Below, one piece after another: positions 19,423-30,203 of a stretch of 64,000 nt of DNA. The first letter of the stretch is position 1. Each line of letters starts with the position of its first letter. Source of the DNA: Methanomassiliicoccaceae archaeon (GTDB taxonomy: Archaea > Thermoplasmatota > Thermoplasmata > Methanomassiliicoccales > Methanomassiliicoccaceae); the NCBI GenBank assembly GCA_963728405.1, contig CAVSJV010000003.1:192001-256000 (forward strand). Reading direction: 5' to 3'. The notes under the pieces were generated by a model. It was not told where the DNA came from. It saw only the letters and a program-made list of their open reading frames with translations, and searched no databases. Both the position numbers and the translations under genes were made by a program.

Positions 19423-20741
19423 ACCGGCCTTGTTCTGTCCTTTTTCGGCAACGCGTCCAGGTCGAATATGCTGGGAGCTAGGGCCTGGCCGTTCAGCACG
19501 TCCCCTATCCTACTGGCCCCCGCCACCGCCGAAAGGAGGCCAACCCCATTGCACCCCAGGTTGTAGTACAGAGGTGAGAGATTTGGGTCCTGCCCAACTG
19601 CCCGAACCCCCGTGCTCGTGTACCCCATCAATCCCTGCCATTGTCGGTCGTGGCCTCCCCAGGGGTCCAGCATGGTCCCCTTCATGAACCCTTCCAGGCG
19701 GTCGAACGCTCCCGAGTTGTAGATCGTGTTAGATTTGTAGTCGCGGCCTACGAGAGGATCTTCCGGACCGCCCACCGCGGTAAGCCAGGCATCCAAATAC
19801 TTCCTTCTGGTCAGGTAAAAGTATGGCTCGTTCCCCTGACCCCCCCGGAAGTACGCCCGGGCCCCCGGGACACCTCGTGGCTGGGTGCCGGAGATCATGT
19901 ACCCCACTACTCCCCGGATCCGCCCGTCGATCGCTGGCATGGAGCAGGCCTCTATTCGGGGAGGCCGATAGCCATTAGTGCACAGGACGACCTGGTCCGC
20001 CACGACGGTCCGTCCGTTGCATCTGAGAACGGCCTCATCGCCCAGCCTGATCAGGTCGACCGGGGAGCGCTCGAACAGCATGAAACGATCGGGATAGGAG
20101 GCCAGCAGATGCTCGGCCATTCGTTCGGTGAACAAGTAGCTGTTCATCAGTCCCACGGGCGTCTCGACCGCCGCCAGGTAGCGGTGGTCCTTTGACCACA
20201 GCAGGTCCTCGATCACATCCCGATAGGTTAGTTCGACATCATCTCCCAGGCGGGGCGATACACGGACATCATCGGCCGCCCTGACAATTCCGGACGGCAG
20301 CCCCAGTTCCCGGCGCTTCCTCATCTCTGCATCCCATGACCGCAGGCCTTCCGTGGCCGATATGCCCAACTGCCCAGACACCACCTGCAACGCACCCTCA
20401 TTTCCGATGGACTGGAGCATTTCGTGGAGAAGGCTCCACGCCGAGTTCAGCTCCTTGTAACCTTGGACCGTTCGTTCCTCCCCCAGTGCCTCGACCATGG
20501 CATCGAACCGTAGCTCGAAGGCCGCGATCACCTGACCGCCGTTATGCCCGGTAGCGCCATGACCGATCAGGTCCTTCTCTAAAAGCATCACCTGCCGATC
20601 ACTTCCCTTCAGCAGGCAATAGGCGGTGGCCAGGCCGGAGATCCCGCCTCCCACTATGGCCACGTCTGCGCCGTCGTCATCTTCCAACATCCTCTCTGGC
20701 CTGATACGGGGGGCCTCGTCCAACCAGGGTGAGCCTTTCAT
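19407..20741 (-). CDS. FAD-dependent oxidoreductase (DAO/PuuB-like)
   Basis: IVGGGISG, GATGHNGG, LCTNGY, GCNGVG. Confidence 0.85.
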   Translation of the reverse strand: MKGSPWLDEAPRIRPERMLEDDDGADVAIVGGGISGLATAYCLLKGSDRQVMLLEKDLIGHGATGHNGGQVIAAFELRFDAMVEALGEERTVQGYKELNSAWSLLHEMLQSIGNEGALQVVSGQLGISATEGLRSWDAEMRKRRELGLPSGIVRAADDVRVSPRLGDDVELTYRDVIEDLLWSKDHRYLAAVETPVGLMNSYLFTERMAEHLLASYPDRFMLFERSPVDLIRLGDEAVLRCNGRTVVADQVVLCTNGYRPPRIEACSMPAIDGRIRGVVGYMISGTQPRGVPGARAYFRGGQGNEPYFYLTRRKYLDAWLTAVGGPEDPLVGRDYKSNTIYNSGAFDRLEGFMKGTMLDPWGGHDRQWQGLMGYTSTGVRAVGQDPNLSPLYYNLGCNGVGLLSAVAGASRIGDVLNGQALAPSIFDLDALPKKDRTRPVQRTR

Positions 20742-20964
20742 CGTCCCATCTAGATTGTTACCGTTGACCGGTAATTAATGTTGTGCGAGCGGATGGCCTC
20801 TAGAATGAGCTAGGGTGAGAGGGGGAGCATTTTCGAAAATTCCTCGGGAGACGGTGGTGGATGCTGCAGGAAGCTCCGTCCCTGAGATCGGGGCAATTCA
20901 CGGGTATGGGCGCGATGATACGGATGAGGGCCCTCCGGTTCTGACGAAGCGGCGGTCCCGCCCC

Positions 20965-22007
20965 TCACTGGCCTAACGACCCGATGGCGCCCCCAGCGAT
21001 GACGGGATTGATCTCATAGCCGATGCCGTGGCGTCCGGTCTGGGCGGCCGCTCTTAATGTGGTCCCCGAACCCAGGAAGGGGTCCAGGACCAGCTCGCCC
21101 TTGTAACTATACGCCCGGATAAGCCGGGTGGGGAGTTCCAGAGGGAAGGGAGCGACATGACCCCGTCGGTCCCCGCTGCCCTGGGGAGCCATGGACCATC
21201 ACGTCACTGTTCTTGATGGAAAGCCAGAACTCTTTATCCAGGATGGAGGCCTCCTTGACCTCGCGCGCCACATGGGCATATTTCCGCCCTCTCTGCACGC
21301 GCGTGCATGGTTTATCCAGTTCGATGATGAACTCATGCATGTTGTTGAGCAATATTCCTCCGGGGTACGGGTAGGTCCCAAAGGGGGCGCGGACACCGTT
21401 GGTCTTATGCCAGACAATGTCACGCTTGAAGATGAAGCCCAGGTCCTCGCACAGTTGCACCGTTCTACCCATCAGGTTCAAGGTGCGGTAGCTCCCGTCC
21501 TCCAGCCTCACCGGGAGATTCATGATGTTGATGAAGAACTTGCGGCCAGGCTGCAGGACCCTGAACACCTCCTTCCAGACATCCCCGATCCGGTCGAACC
21601 ACTCGTCCACCGAATGCATGTCGCCCAGGTCCCCGGGGATGGGCTGGGAGGAGTACATCTTAGTGTTGAAATAGGGAGGCGAAGTGAGCGCCAGGTTGAT
21701 CGCTCCATCCTCCAGCTCTCCCATCGAGACGGCGCTCCGACAGATCACTTCCTGCCGAGTGCCCAGCAGCTTCGACGGCCGCTCTTTCGGGAGGTCGAGG
21801 GGGCGGCTCCTCCGCATTGGCCAGGCCGCTCAAGGAGGCTAGGTCGAAGCGTTGCTGGCCGCTCCCTGATAGGGTCATGGGCACCTTCTCCTCCCGAACC
21901 AGTCGGTGGAGCTGCCGGACCGTAGTGCCAAGATATCTAGCGGCCTCCCCGGCCGAGAGATATCTTCTATCGCTGTAATCTGGATTGACCTTAGCTTCCT
22001 CCACCAA
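20965..22007 (-). CDS. Beta-class amino-DNA methyltransferase with N-terminal excisionase/MerR-like HTH (two frameshifts)
   Basis: [23 protein letters not shown]; TSPPYF motif IV precedes HVAPFP and [10 protein letters not shown] motif I; spread over ORFs 21660, 21107 and 20965. Confidence 0.8.
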
Positions 22008-22058
22008 GGACCACTGGTCTAAGTGATTGGAGGATAGGCCAGTTAAGTCTTTTGGAGA

Positions 22059-22426
22059 CTAGGCCTTCCTGTTGACCAGGTACGCGGACTCGATCGCCAT
22101 GTAGGCCAACGTCCACATGGCCAGGTTAATGCTGACTGTGGTGCTTCCGCCCCTCAGCAGGCCGGCCTCCAACTCCACCATGACCTCGGTCTTCCCATCG
22201 GCCCGGGGGTTGAAGTTGTGAGTGGTCTTTATCCCTTCCTTGGTGCCCAGGGTCACCAGCCCGAACGTCCTCGACGTCCTCGACGACCTCATCGGGGGAG
22301 TAGTTCACCAGCTCCAACGATCGGTCCTGCAGAAATGGCTTGGCCTTATCGTCCAGGTTCCTTACGATCCTGTACAGATCTGCATTGGGGACCTCCAGAA
22401 GGAAGTTCCTCACGCCTTTGGCCAAA
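22059..22426 (-). CDS. Hypothetical protein (frameshift near 22270, start approximate)
   Basis: AKGVRNFLLEVP..EVVED joined to FGLVTLGTKEGIKTTH..NRKA; host-like codon usage. Confidence 0.4.
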
Positions 22427-22539
22427 TCTGGGACCTCCGCTGGGGCGGCAAAAGATGTGTGTCCATTAATATATTTGGGCCCGAGTTCGGAGGACTTGCC
22501 AAGACAAAGATGATGAACGTTCCGCTCCAAGCTATTACT

Positions 22540-22812
22540 ATGAAGCTGAGCGAGGAGTTGGCAGAGAAGGTGCTCGATGGGATGGAGGGAGAGGAGAAGA
22601 AGGACCTCATCATGAAGCTGGGCGATCATCTCATATCCTCCCTGAGCCCGGAGGACCGCAAGGACCTGATGATCCGGATGTTCCCTTCAATGCTGGAGAA
22701 GGTGCTCGATGGCCTGGACCCTCAGGAGAAGGCGGCCCTGGTCCGTCAGCTCATGCCCAGCGTGGTGGATCTGCTCATGGGCCCCCCGAACGCTAAGCGA
22801 GCTCAACCGTAG
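22540..22812 (+). CDS. Small helical repeat protein
   Basis: Repeats EKVLDGM..EEKKDLI, SPEDRKDLM, EKVLDGLDPQEKAALV. Confidence 0.6.
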   Translation: MKLSEELAEKVLDGMEGEEKKDLIMKLGDHLISSLSPEDRKDLMIRMFPSMLEKVLDGLDPQEKAALVRQLMPSVVDLLMGPPNAKRAQP

Positions 22813-23213
22813 CCGTCCTGTTCGTAGGTGACTCTCTTGGACCGTAAGGCGCAGGCGGCCTGGTGGCGGATCATGTCCTTGATGGTGTTCCTGAGCACGG
22901 TGGCGTTCGTCTCTCCGATGACCTCTCCCAGGAACCTGTCACGACAGAACAGTTTGAAGGTCGGTGTGCCCACTACGCCGTACTGGAGGGCCATGTCCAG
23001 ATTGGCCTGCGCGTCCACCTTGACGAAAACCGCCTCTTCGGCAAGTTCCTGGGCAAGCTGCTCGTAGACCGGCTCCATGGCCTGGCATACCTCACAGTTA
23101 TCCAGGTAGAACTCCACGATCACCAGCTTATCGGTGTTGCTGACCAGTTGCTGGAACGACAGGTGGTCCAGTTCCAGGATTTCTTTGCTAAGTATGAGCG
23201 GGCCGATGTCCAT
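22803..23213 (-). CDS. Thioredoxin family protein
   Basis: VEFYLDNCEVC, VKVD, YGVVGTPTF. Confidence 0.85.
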   Translation of the reverse strand: MDIGPLILSKEILELDHLSFQQLVSNTDKLVIVEFYLDNCEVCQAMEPVYEQLAQELAEEAVFVKVDAQANLDMALQYGVVGTPTFKLFCRDRFLGEVIGETNATVLRNTIKDMIRHQAACALRSKRVTYEQDGYG

Positions 23214-23286
23214 AATCGCTCCACCTCTTTACAAGATGATAGAAAGCATTGTCAGATGTCCATGATAATTTTTTCGAAGCGCTGCC

Positions 23287-23682
23287 TCAACCTGGCGGCT
23301 CCTTTCTGCCGCCATAGCGGGGAAGATGCTCCACCCGATACTCGTGCCTAGGCAGATCGACCGAAAAGATGTGGACCACCGGCGCGGTGTCCGGCATGGA
23401 GTACTCCTCGACCATAGATATTGTCTGGGTAGGGCACACCTCCACGCAGGTGTCGCAGGCGATGCACCGGTTCCTCACCACCGTCTGGGTCTTCGCGTCC
23501 TTGTTCGTGGTTATGGCATTGGTAGGGCAGTTCCGCTCGCATTTCCGGCAGAAGATGCACTTGGACATGTCGTACAGGATCCTGCCACGGTTCCCAGGAG
23601 GCAGTTGGGCCGGCTCCTTGGGATACCTGGTGGTGAACGGCCGCCGGAAGAGGTTCTTCAACGAGGAGGAGAGCATGGACAT
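23287..23682 (-). CDS. echF: Ech hydrogenase 2x[4Fe-4S] subunit
   Basis: CIFCRKCERNCP and CIACDTCVEVCP; last gene of the operon. Confidence 0.85.
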   Translation of the reverse strand: MSMLSSSLKNLFRRPFTTRYPKEPAQLPPGNRGRILYDMSKCIFCRKCERNCPTNAITTNKDAKTQTVVRNRCIACDTCVEVCPTQTISMVEEYSMPDTAPVVHIFSVDLPRHEYRVEHLPRYGGRKEPPG

Positions 23683-23686
23683 GACA

Positions 23687-24763
23687 TCACCGGTCCGTGC
23701 AACAGATACAGGGATCGACGGACACCGTGATGGTGGGGACATCCGCAAGCTGGCATCCTGGCAGCATGGCCAGCAAAGCCTGGACGTTCATGAACGCGGG
23801 CGTCCTCAGCTTGATCCGGTCCAGGGCCAAGGAGCCCTTGGCCTTGATGTAATACACCAGCTCTCCCCGGGGCGCCTCCACCCTGGAGAACGATTCTCCG
23901 GTGGGGTGTCCTTTCAGTTGCACCGCCACCGGCCCATCTTGGAGAAGCGGCAGACACTCCTCGATAATATCCACGGCCTGTACGCACTCGTCGATCCGGA
24001 CCACCATGCGGGCATAGCAGTCCCCTTCCTCGCGCACGACCGGAGCGAACTTGACCATAGAGTAGGCGGCGAAACCATCCTGACGGATGTCCTGGGCGAT
24101 GCCCGAAGCCCTCGACACCGGCCCGACCACACCCCATTCCGCTGCGACGGGACGGGGGAGCCTGCCCACCCCCTTTGTCCGCTTGCTCAGGGTGCTGTCC
24201 TTCTTGAAGATGCGCTGCAGCTCCTCGAGCCGTGGCCTCAGCATGCCTACGGTGCTCTCGATGTCCTTGACCAGCTCGGGGGTCAGGTCCCTCTTGACCC
24301 CACCCACCACATTGACGCTGTAATGCACCCGGTTACCGGATATGCGGTTCACCAGCGTCATCACGTACTCGCGCTCCCGGAAGCACTGCATGAACAGATT
24401 CTCATAGCCGACCGCCTCGGCAATGTGGCCGAGGGCGAGAAGATGAGAGGTCAATCTCTGGCATTCCATCAGGATGGTGCGGATGATCTTGGCCCGCTCT
24501 GGCACATCCGCATTGTAGATCATCTCCACTCCCTGGCAGTAGGCCGAGGAGTGGTGATAGGAACAGATGCCACATACCCGCTCCGCCAGATACTGCGATT
24601 TCCTATAGTCCAGGGACAGGGCGTACTCCATGCCCCGGTGATTGTACCCTTGGTTCAGCTCCGCACCGACGACCTTCTCTTCCTCCAGGGTAAGCTTGAC
24701 GTTCAACGGCTCCAGGAACGCGGCGTGTTGCGGACCGAACGGTATTATCGTGGCCTTAGCCAT
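23687..24763 (-). CDS. echE: Ech [NiFe] hydrogenase large subunit
   Basis: L1 ERVCGIC and L2 DPCICCTDR ending at Arg with no C-terminal extension (group 4). Confidence 0.92.
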   Translation of the reverse strand: MAKATIIPFGPQHAAFLEPLNVKLTLEEEKVVGAELNQGYNHRGMEYALSLDYRKSQYLAERVCGICSYHHSSAYCQGVEMIYNADVPERAKIIRTILMECQRLTSHLLALGHIAEAVGYENLFMQCFREREYVMTLVNRISGNRVHYSVNVVGGVKRDLTPELVKDIESTVGMLRPRLEELQRIFKKDSTLSKRTKGVGRLPRPVAAEWGVVGPVSRASGIAQDIRQDGFAAYSMVKFAPVVREEGDCYARMVVRIDECVQAVDIIEECLPLLQDGPVAVQLKGHPTGESFSRVEAPRGELVYYIKAKGSLALDRIKLRTPAFMNVQALLAMLPGCQLADVPTITVSVDPCICCTDR

Positions 24764-25148
24764 CGGCGTCACCCCCCTTGACCTCGGCGGCGCGTTGCTT
24801 CCGGAGCGGGGCGACATTGCTCATGCCCAGGACTAGGAGCAACCCGGGCTGCACTCCCTTGAAATGCAGACCGAACAGGTCCACCACCTCACGCTCCAGG
24901 TTCAACGCTCCTTTGAAGATGTCCACCACGGAGTCGACTTCCCACTCTGGCAGGATGACGAAACGGAAGTTCACCATTTGACCGGCCCGATCGAACAAGT
25001 AGATCAGCTCGATCGTGCCATCGTCGTTCTCACGGGCAATGATGCCGCCCATACGGGCGCCGCTCGCGATCATTTCATGCACCTTCACCCGGACCGAGCG
25101 GAAGGCTTCCCGATCGAATTCATGGATCGGCACGGTGTCTGCGGTCAT
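24756..25148 (-). CDS. echD: Ech subunit D (NuoC-like)
   Basis: LIYLFD, SVVDIFKGALNLEREVVDLFGL. Confidence 0.8.
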   Translation of the reverse strand: MTADTVPIHEFDREAFRSVRVKVHEMIASGARMGGIIARENDDGTIELIYLFDRAGQMVNFRFVILPEWEVDSVVDIFKGALNLEREVVDLFGLHFKGVQPGLLLVLGMSNVAPLRKQRAAEVKGGDADG

Positions 25149-25603
25149 TTTTCTTCCTCCTTTGACCTCTCGGTGCCCTCCACCTTCTTGTCCCACAGGG
25201 AAAGGGCGAGCACGAAGCCGTCGATCAGCGCTTCCGGCCGCGCGGCGCAGCCAGGGATGTACACATCCACCGGAATGACCTTGTCCACTCCGGCGTTGAC
25301 GTTATAACAGTTATGGAACGGTGCTCCCGTGGATGCACAGTCGCCACAGGCCACCACCAGCTTCGGTTCCGGCGTCTGATCGTACAGATTTCGAAGCCGG
25401 TCCTCGCACTTTTTGGTCACCGGGCCGGTGATAAGGAGAATGTCAGCATGTTTGGGGTTCGCCCGGTTCAGGCCTCCGAACCGCTCCACGTCATAGCGCG
25501 GAGATAGCAGGGCCCAGACCTCTAGGTCGCACCCGTTGCAGGAACCCGTGTCGAAGTGCAGTATCCAGGGCGATCTCTTCCTCATCGTCTCGATTATCCC
25601 CAT
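25145..25603 (-). CDS. echC: Ech hydrogenase small subunit
   Basis: SPW..GSCNGCDLE, GDCASTG, IPGCAARPE. Confidence 0.9.
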   Translation of the reverse strand: MGIIETMRKRSPWILHFDTGSCNGCDLEVWALLSPRYDVERFGGLNRANPKHADILLITGPVTKKCEDRLRNLYDQTPEPKLVVACGDCASTGAPFHNCYNVNAGVDKVIPVDVYIPGCAARPEALIDGFVLALSLWDKKVEGTERSKEEEK

Positions 25604-26466
25604 CGCATTACCCCCCGGAATATGAACAGCACCAATAGATTGATCGCCACCAGCCCGATGCCAGCGGTAAGCATGAAGATGACCATTCTCGCCCTGGTCA
25701 GCCGGGCGGTGATGTTGTCAATGATGATGGCAACGAACAGCGCCAGGAAGGCGATGGACACCTTGCCGATGACGGAGACCAGGCCATCGTCGCTCCAGAT
25801 GAACAGGGTGAAGATGCCATAGACGAACGCCAGATGGAACCAGCGGGCGACCTCCAGGATCACCAGGTAGGGGCCGGAGTACTCGATGTACGGGCCGGTG
25901 ATGATCTCCTGATGAGCGGTCGGGATGTCGTAGGGGGACTTCTCGAGCAGGATGACCAGCACCGGTACCAGGGCCAGCAGGGCCAATGGCAGCTGGAGCA
26001 GCAGACCGCCCCCGATAGCGCCGACCAGGAACGACGACTCCAGGCCGATCGAGAGGATGACCAGGAACAGGACCGGCTCGTAGGCGAAGATGGCCAATAG
26101 CTCCCTCTGCCCACCGATGTAAGAGTATGGGGACCGGGCAGAGAACGCCCCCATCACCAGACAGGCCGACCCGGCCCCGGAGACAAAGAAGGCGACCAAA
26201 AGGTCCCCACCAGCCACGAACAGGGCGAAGGCCGCGGCCTGGAACAGCAAGGCCGCTCCAGCGAACACCACCTGGAGATTGTTGATGAGCATCGGCTTCT
26301 TTAGCAGCAGCTTGCCCATGTCATAGAACGGCTGGATGATGGGGGGTCCCCGGCGGTTCTGAAGCCGAGCCGTTAGCTTGCGGTCAATACCGGTGCTCAG
26401 CCCCACCACCAGCGGGACGGCGACGATGATAAGAACCTGGAACAGTAGCATCGCCAGGTCCATCAC
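25594..26466 (-). CDS. echB: Ech membrane subunit B (NuoH-like)
   Basis: DRKLTARLQNRRGPPIIQPFYD, KSPYD, EYSGP. Confidence 0.9.
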   Translation of the reverse strand: MMDLAMLLFQVLIIVAVPLVVGLSTGIDRKLTARLQNRRGPPIIQPFYDMGKLLLKKPMLINNLQVVFAGAALLFQAAAFALFVAGGDLLVAFFVSGAGSACLVMGAFSARSPYSYIGGQRELLAIFAYEPVLFLVILSIGLESSFLVGAIGGGLLLQLPLALLALVPVLVILLEKSPYDIPTAHQEIITGPYIEYSGPYLVILEVARWFHLAFVYGIFTLFIWSDDGLVSVIGKVSIAFLALFVAIIIDNITARLTRARMVIFMLTAGIGLVAINLLVLFIFRGVMRWG

Positions 26467-28344
26467 AGCACCTCCAGGAGGAAAGGAGTGAGCAGCAGGA
26501 CGATGACCAGGAACACCCCGGCCCCCTCCGCCACATTGACGACTTGTACGACAGTACGCTCGCCCAGATAGTAGTTGCTACGCGATTCGAAGTGGAAGTC
26601 CTCGCCGCAGGCGTACGGGGTCGACATCTCCTCCTTGGACGGGCGTACGAGGAAGCCCAGCCCGATGAAGATCAGAGCCACGAAGAGCAGGAACAGGAAC
26701 ACCGGGAACTCCCCGGCCGCAGTGAACAAGGTCAGATCATCCGTTCCGATGGGCAAGGTGAAATAACGGTTGATGAACGGGGCGATAAGATAGCGCAGCA
26801 CTGGGCCGATCAGGGCGGACAGTACCACCGCCCCCGTCATGAGGGCCCCTAGGGTCCACTTATAACTTCGGGGCAATGGATCGTCCCGCCATTTGACCGT
26901 CCTCGCTCCCGGCTCCGTCGAGAGAATGGTCCCCAGCCACTTGAAATAGAAGACGAAGGTACCGGCAAAACCGGCAGCCAGGAGGAAGATGAGGAAGGGG
27001 AAGGAGACCACCGCCTCGCTGATGAGCCACTTGGAGGCGAACATTCCGAAGGGGGGGAGCACAATGGTGATTATGCCGATAAAGATGGCCAGCGATGCGA
27101 ACGGCATGGCCGTTCGGATACCTTGCATCGATTCGATGTCCTCGCTACCAGTGCGTTCCTTCACCGCGCCCACCGACAGGAACATCAGGGCCTTGGAGAT
27201 AGCATGGTAGAGCAGCAGGATCACCGCCGCGGTGATGGCCAGGGGGGTCGATATCCCTACGCACATGATCATGAGGCCGAGGTTTCCCACGGTAGACCAG
27301 GCCAGCACCCGCTTGGCATTGCTCTGGGTTATCGCCAGCAAGGACGCCATCAGGAAGGACAGTTCCTCCCACCAGGGCGATGGCCCAGTTCAGAGAGTTG
27401 GCGGCCACGATGCTCGGCGACATCCGGATGAGGAGATAGACGCCCAGGTTGACCATGGTAGCGCTATGCAGTAGCGCCGATACGGGAGTAGGAGCGACCA
27501 TCGCTCCCAGCAACCAGGACTGGAAGGGCAGCTGGGCCGACTTGGTGAACGCGGCGACCGCGAATAAGGAAAGAGGCAGGAGGGATAATCCGGCCAGGCC
27601 CACCACGGGCAGGTCCGCGAGCGACGTCGAACCGTAATAATGGAAGGAAAGGACCGCCCCGGCGATGAACGTCAGACCTCCGGCAAGGGTGATGATGAGC
27701 GCCCACCTCGCCGCTTTCTTCGCTTCCTCCGTTCCGGTGTGGCCGATGAGCAGGAACGAGCATAGCGTGGTCACGTCCCAGAACAGGAACAACCATAGCA
27801 TATCGTTCGAGAACACCGCTCCGTTCATGGCCCCGAGGAACAGCAACACAGCGGCGAAGAACCGAGGCTGGCGGGGATCATGCTCCATGTACCGGAGACT
27901 GTAAATGGCGATTATCGAGCCGATGATGGAGGTTATCAGCGCCATCAGGACGCTCAGATTGTCGATGAGGATGGCCGGGCTGGCTTCGGTGAAGTCAAGC
28001 CAGCTTTCCAAGGCGAACGCCAATATCAGGTTGGCCAGGGCAAATGCCACCACCAGGTAGCTCCGGATGCGCCAGCCTATGTAAATGAAGAGGAACAGGA
28101 GAAGGAAGTCAAGAACGATGAGCAAAGGACCTAGGGGGTAGAGGTCCTGGGCCTCGATGGTCAGAACGGGGGTCGAGCTTGAGGCCAGGTACAGTAACAG
28201 TCCGACCGAGGACAGGGAGATTATGGCCGATGTGATGGCCACGGTCCAGTACATGACCGGCCGGTTTCTCAGCGCCAGGATCGCCAGCGCTCCCAGGACA
28301 GGGACCGATATCAATACTACCGCCAACAATGCTCCCGCGTTCAT
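26463..28344 (-). CDS. echA: Ech antiporter-like membrane subunit A (frameshift near 27360)
   Basis: [31 protein letters not shown]; KRVLAWST..HAISKALMF in the next frame. Confidence 0.88.
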
Positions 28345-28477
28345 CCTGACGGGTGTTTAATCGTAGTCTTTGTATTCTTATCTTCGCACCGCTCGAGGAC
28401 GAGGGGCCGAAGAATGTGTTCTCCGAAACGACCGGCCACCGAAAATATATAATTACCCAGTACCTGATGTGACAGGC

Positions 28478-28906
28478 ATGGAGGATAGCTCGATTGCAGA
28501 GCCATTGGTGCAGGGGAAGAACCTGCTCCTGGCCACGGATGGCAAGCCCCATTCTGCTAAGGCCATTAGGTACGCGATAGAGCTGGCCAAGTTGACCTCG
28601 TCAAAGCTTTTCATCATCTACGTGGTCAGCCCCAAGAACGAGGCGGAGAAGAAGGACCTGATCAAGGAGGGTCTCGACCGGCTCCAGGGGCTCAAGGCCT
28701 TGGCGGCCGAGAGCAATGTGGAGGTGACCACCCTATTGGAGGGCGGTTCTCCTTACCAGACGATAATCTCTACCGCCGAGCGCATCAAGGCTGGCGCGAT
28801 CATCGTGGGAACCTCGGGAAAATCAGCACTGGACCGCGTTCTCATCGGCTCGGTCTCGGAGTTCGTGGTGCGAAACTCCGGCTGCTCGGTGATCGTCGTC
28901 AAGTGA
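28478..28906 (+). CDS. Universal stress protein
   Basis: LLATDG, IIVGTSG, IGSVSEFVVR. Confidence 0.9.
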   Translation: MEDSSIAEPLVQGKNLLLATDGKPHSAKAIRYAIELAKLTSSKLFIIYVVSPKNEAEKKDLIKEGLDRLQGLKALAAESNVEVTTLLEGGSPYQTIISTAERIKAGAIIVGTSGKSALDRVLIGSVSEFVVRNSGCSVIVVK

Positions 28907-28956
28907 TCCATGGTATTCTAACGGGCAAGTTTATTTCCCCTCCCAGACTGGTGCCG

Positions 28957-29395
28957 ATGGCGATGGAACCGAGCGTGTCCGCCTATTATTCGTTGCGGAG
29001 CAAGAATATTCTCCTGGCTACTGATGGAAAGCCTAGCTCTGAGAAGGCCATCTGGATAGCCATCGACCTGGCCAAGGCCCTAGGTTCCAAGTTGTACGTT
29101 TCTCCTAGTCATCAGCCCCTCGGGCTCCGAGCGGGAGCGGAAGGCCCAGATCAAGGAAGGGAAGAAGAAGCTGAACGACATCGTGGGGCTGGCGGCTGAT
29201 CAGGACCTGGAAGTGGCGGCCCTTATGGAGGGCGGCTCTCCCTACGATACAATCGTGACCGCGGCCGAGCGCCTGGATGCCGGTGCGGTGGTGGTTGGCA
29301 CATCGGAGAAGACCGCTCTGAACCGGGTGCTCATCGGCAGCGTGTCGGAGCATGTCGTCCGCAACTGTGGCTGTACGGTCATCGTAGTGAAGTGA
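28957..29395 (+). CDS. Universal stress protein, tandem paralog (frameshift near 29100)
   Basis: ILLATDG in ORF 28903; IGSVSEHVVRN in ORF 29183. Confidence 0.8.
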
Positions 29396-29401
29396 GCGCC
29401 T

Positions 29402-29869
29402 TTACTTCTCCATCTTCGCTTCCATCTTGCCGACGGCCACCATTATTCCCTGGATTATGGCCTGAGGGCGGGGCGGGCAGCCGGGGATGTAGACGTCCAC
29501 CGGGACGATCTGGTCCACGCCGTTCATTACGGCGTAGGAATCACGGAATATGCCGCCGGAGATAGCACAGGAGCCCATGGCGACGACCATCTTCGGCGAT
29601 GGAGTGGCACGATAGGTCTGCTGCAGAGCGTGGACCATATTCCGGGTGACCGGTCCGGTGACCAGTAGCATGTCGGCATGGCGGGGCGAGGCCACGATAT
29701 GCAGCCCGAAGCGTTCGATGTCGTGGATAGCATTGGTGAGGGAGTTCACCTCCACCTCACAGCCGTTGCAGGAGCCGGCATCGACCTCCCGTATGGACAG
29801 GGAGCGGCCGAACACCTTCCTGATCCTTGCCTTCAGCTCCTCGCCCAGCTTCTCGCTCTGCTCATCCAT
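29402..29869 (-). CDS. hyfI: Hyf/Ehr complex small Fe-S subunit (HyfI/NuoB-like)
   Basis: AGSCNGCEVE, GSCAISGG, IPGCPPRP. Confidence 0.85.
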   Translation of the reverse strand: MDEQSEKLGEELKARIRKVFGRSLSIREVDAGSCNGCEVEVNSLTNAIHDIERFGLHIVASPRHADMLLVTGPVTRNMVHALQQTYRATPSPKMVVAMGSCAISGGIFRDSYAVMNGVDQIVPVDVYIPGCPPRPQAIIQGIMVAVGKMEAKMEK

Positions 29870-30188
29870 GCCGGTACACCACCTTCAGCTGTTCTCTAGT
29901 TCTCGAGGCGAGCTCGAACTCCTTGCTCATGCTGATCGCGTTCGGGCAGGCGTCGGCGCAGGCGGCGCAGAAGATACATCTTTCTAATGATATCTCAAGC
30001 CCCTCCGGAAGGACGGTTATGGCCTGCACCGGGCATACATCGGCGCACCGGCCGCAGTGGTCGCACTTGCTCATGTCCACCACCGGAAGTCCCATGAAGG
30101 CATCGTAAAGCTCGACCTTCTCCTGGGGATACCGCCTCGTCTGGACCCCTCGCTTGAGCACTCCGAGCTTTAGGAACTTGAACATCAT
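29862..30188 (-). CDS. hyfH: Hyf/Ehr 2x[4Fe-4S] subunit (HyfH/NuoI-like)
   Basis: CDHCGRCADVCP and CIFCAACADACP. Confidence 0.8.
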   Translation of the reverse strand: MMFKFLKLGVLKRGVQTRRYPQEKVELYDAFMGLPVVDMSKCDHCGRCADVCPVQAITVLPEGLEISLERCIFCAACADACPNAISMSKEFELASRTREQLKVVYRHG

Positions 30189-30203
30189 CTCACACTCCGG
30201 GCG

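Noticed and set aside
23369-24781. 470-aa plus-strand ORF and many similar long overlapping ORFs
   Set aside because: They are antisense shadows of well-supported genes (here echE/echF), expected in high-GC3 DNA.
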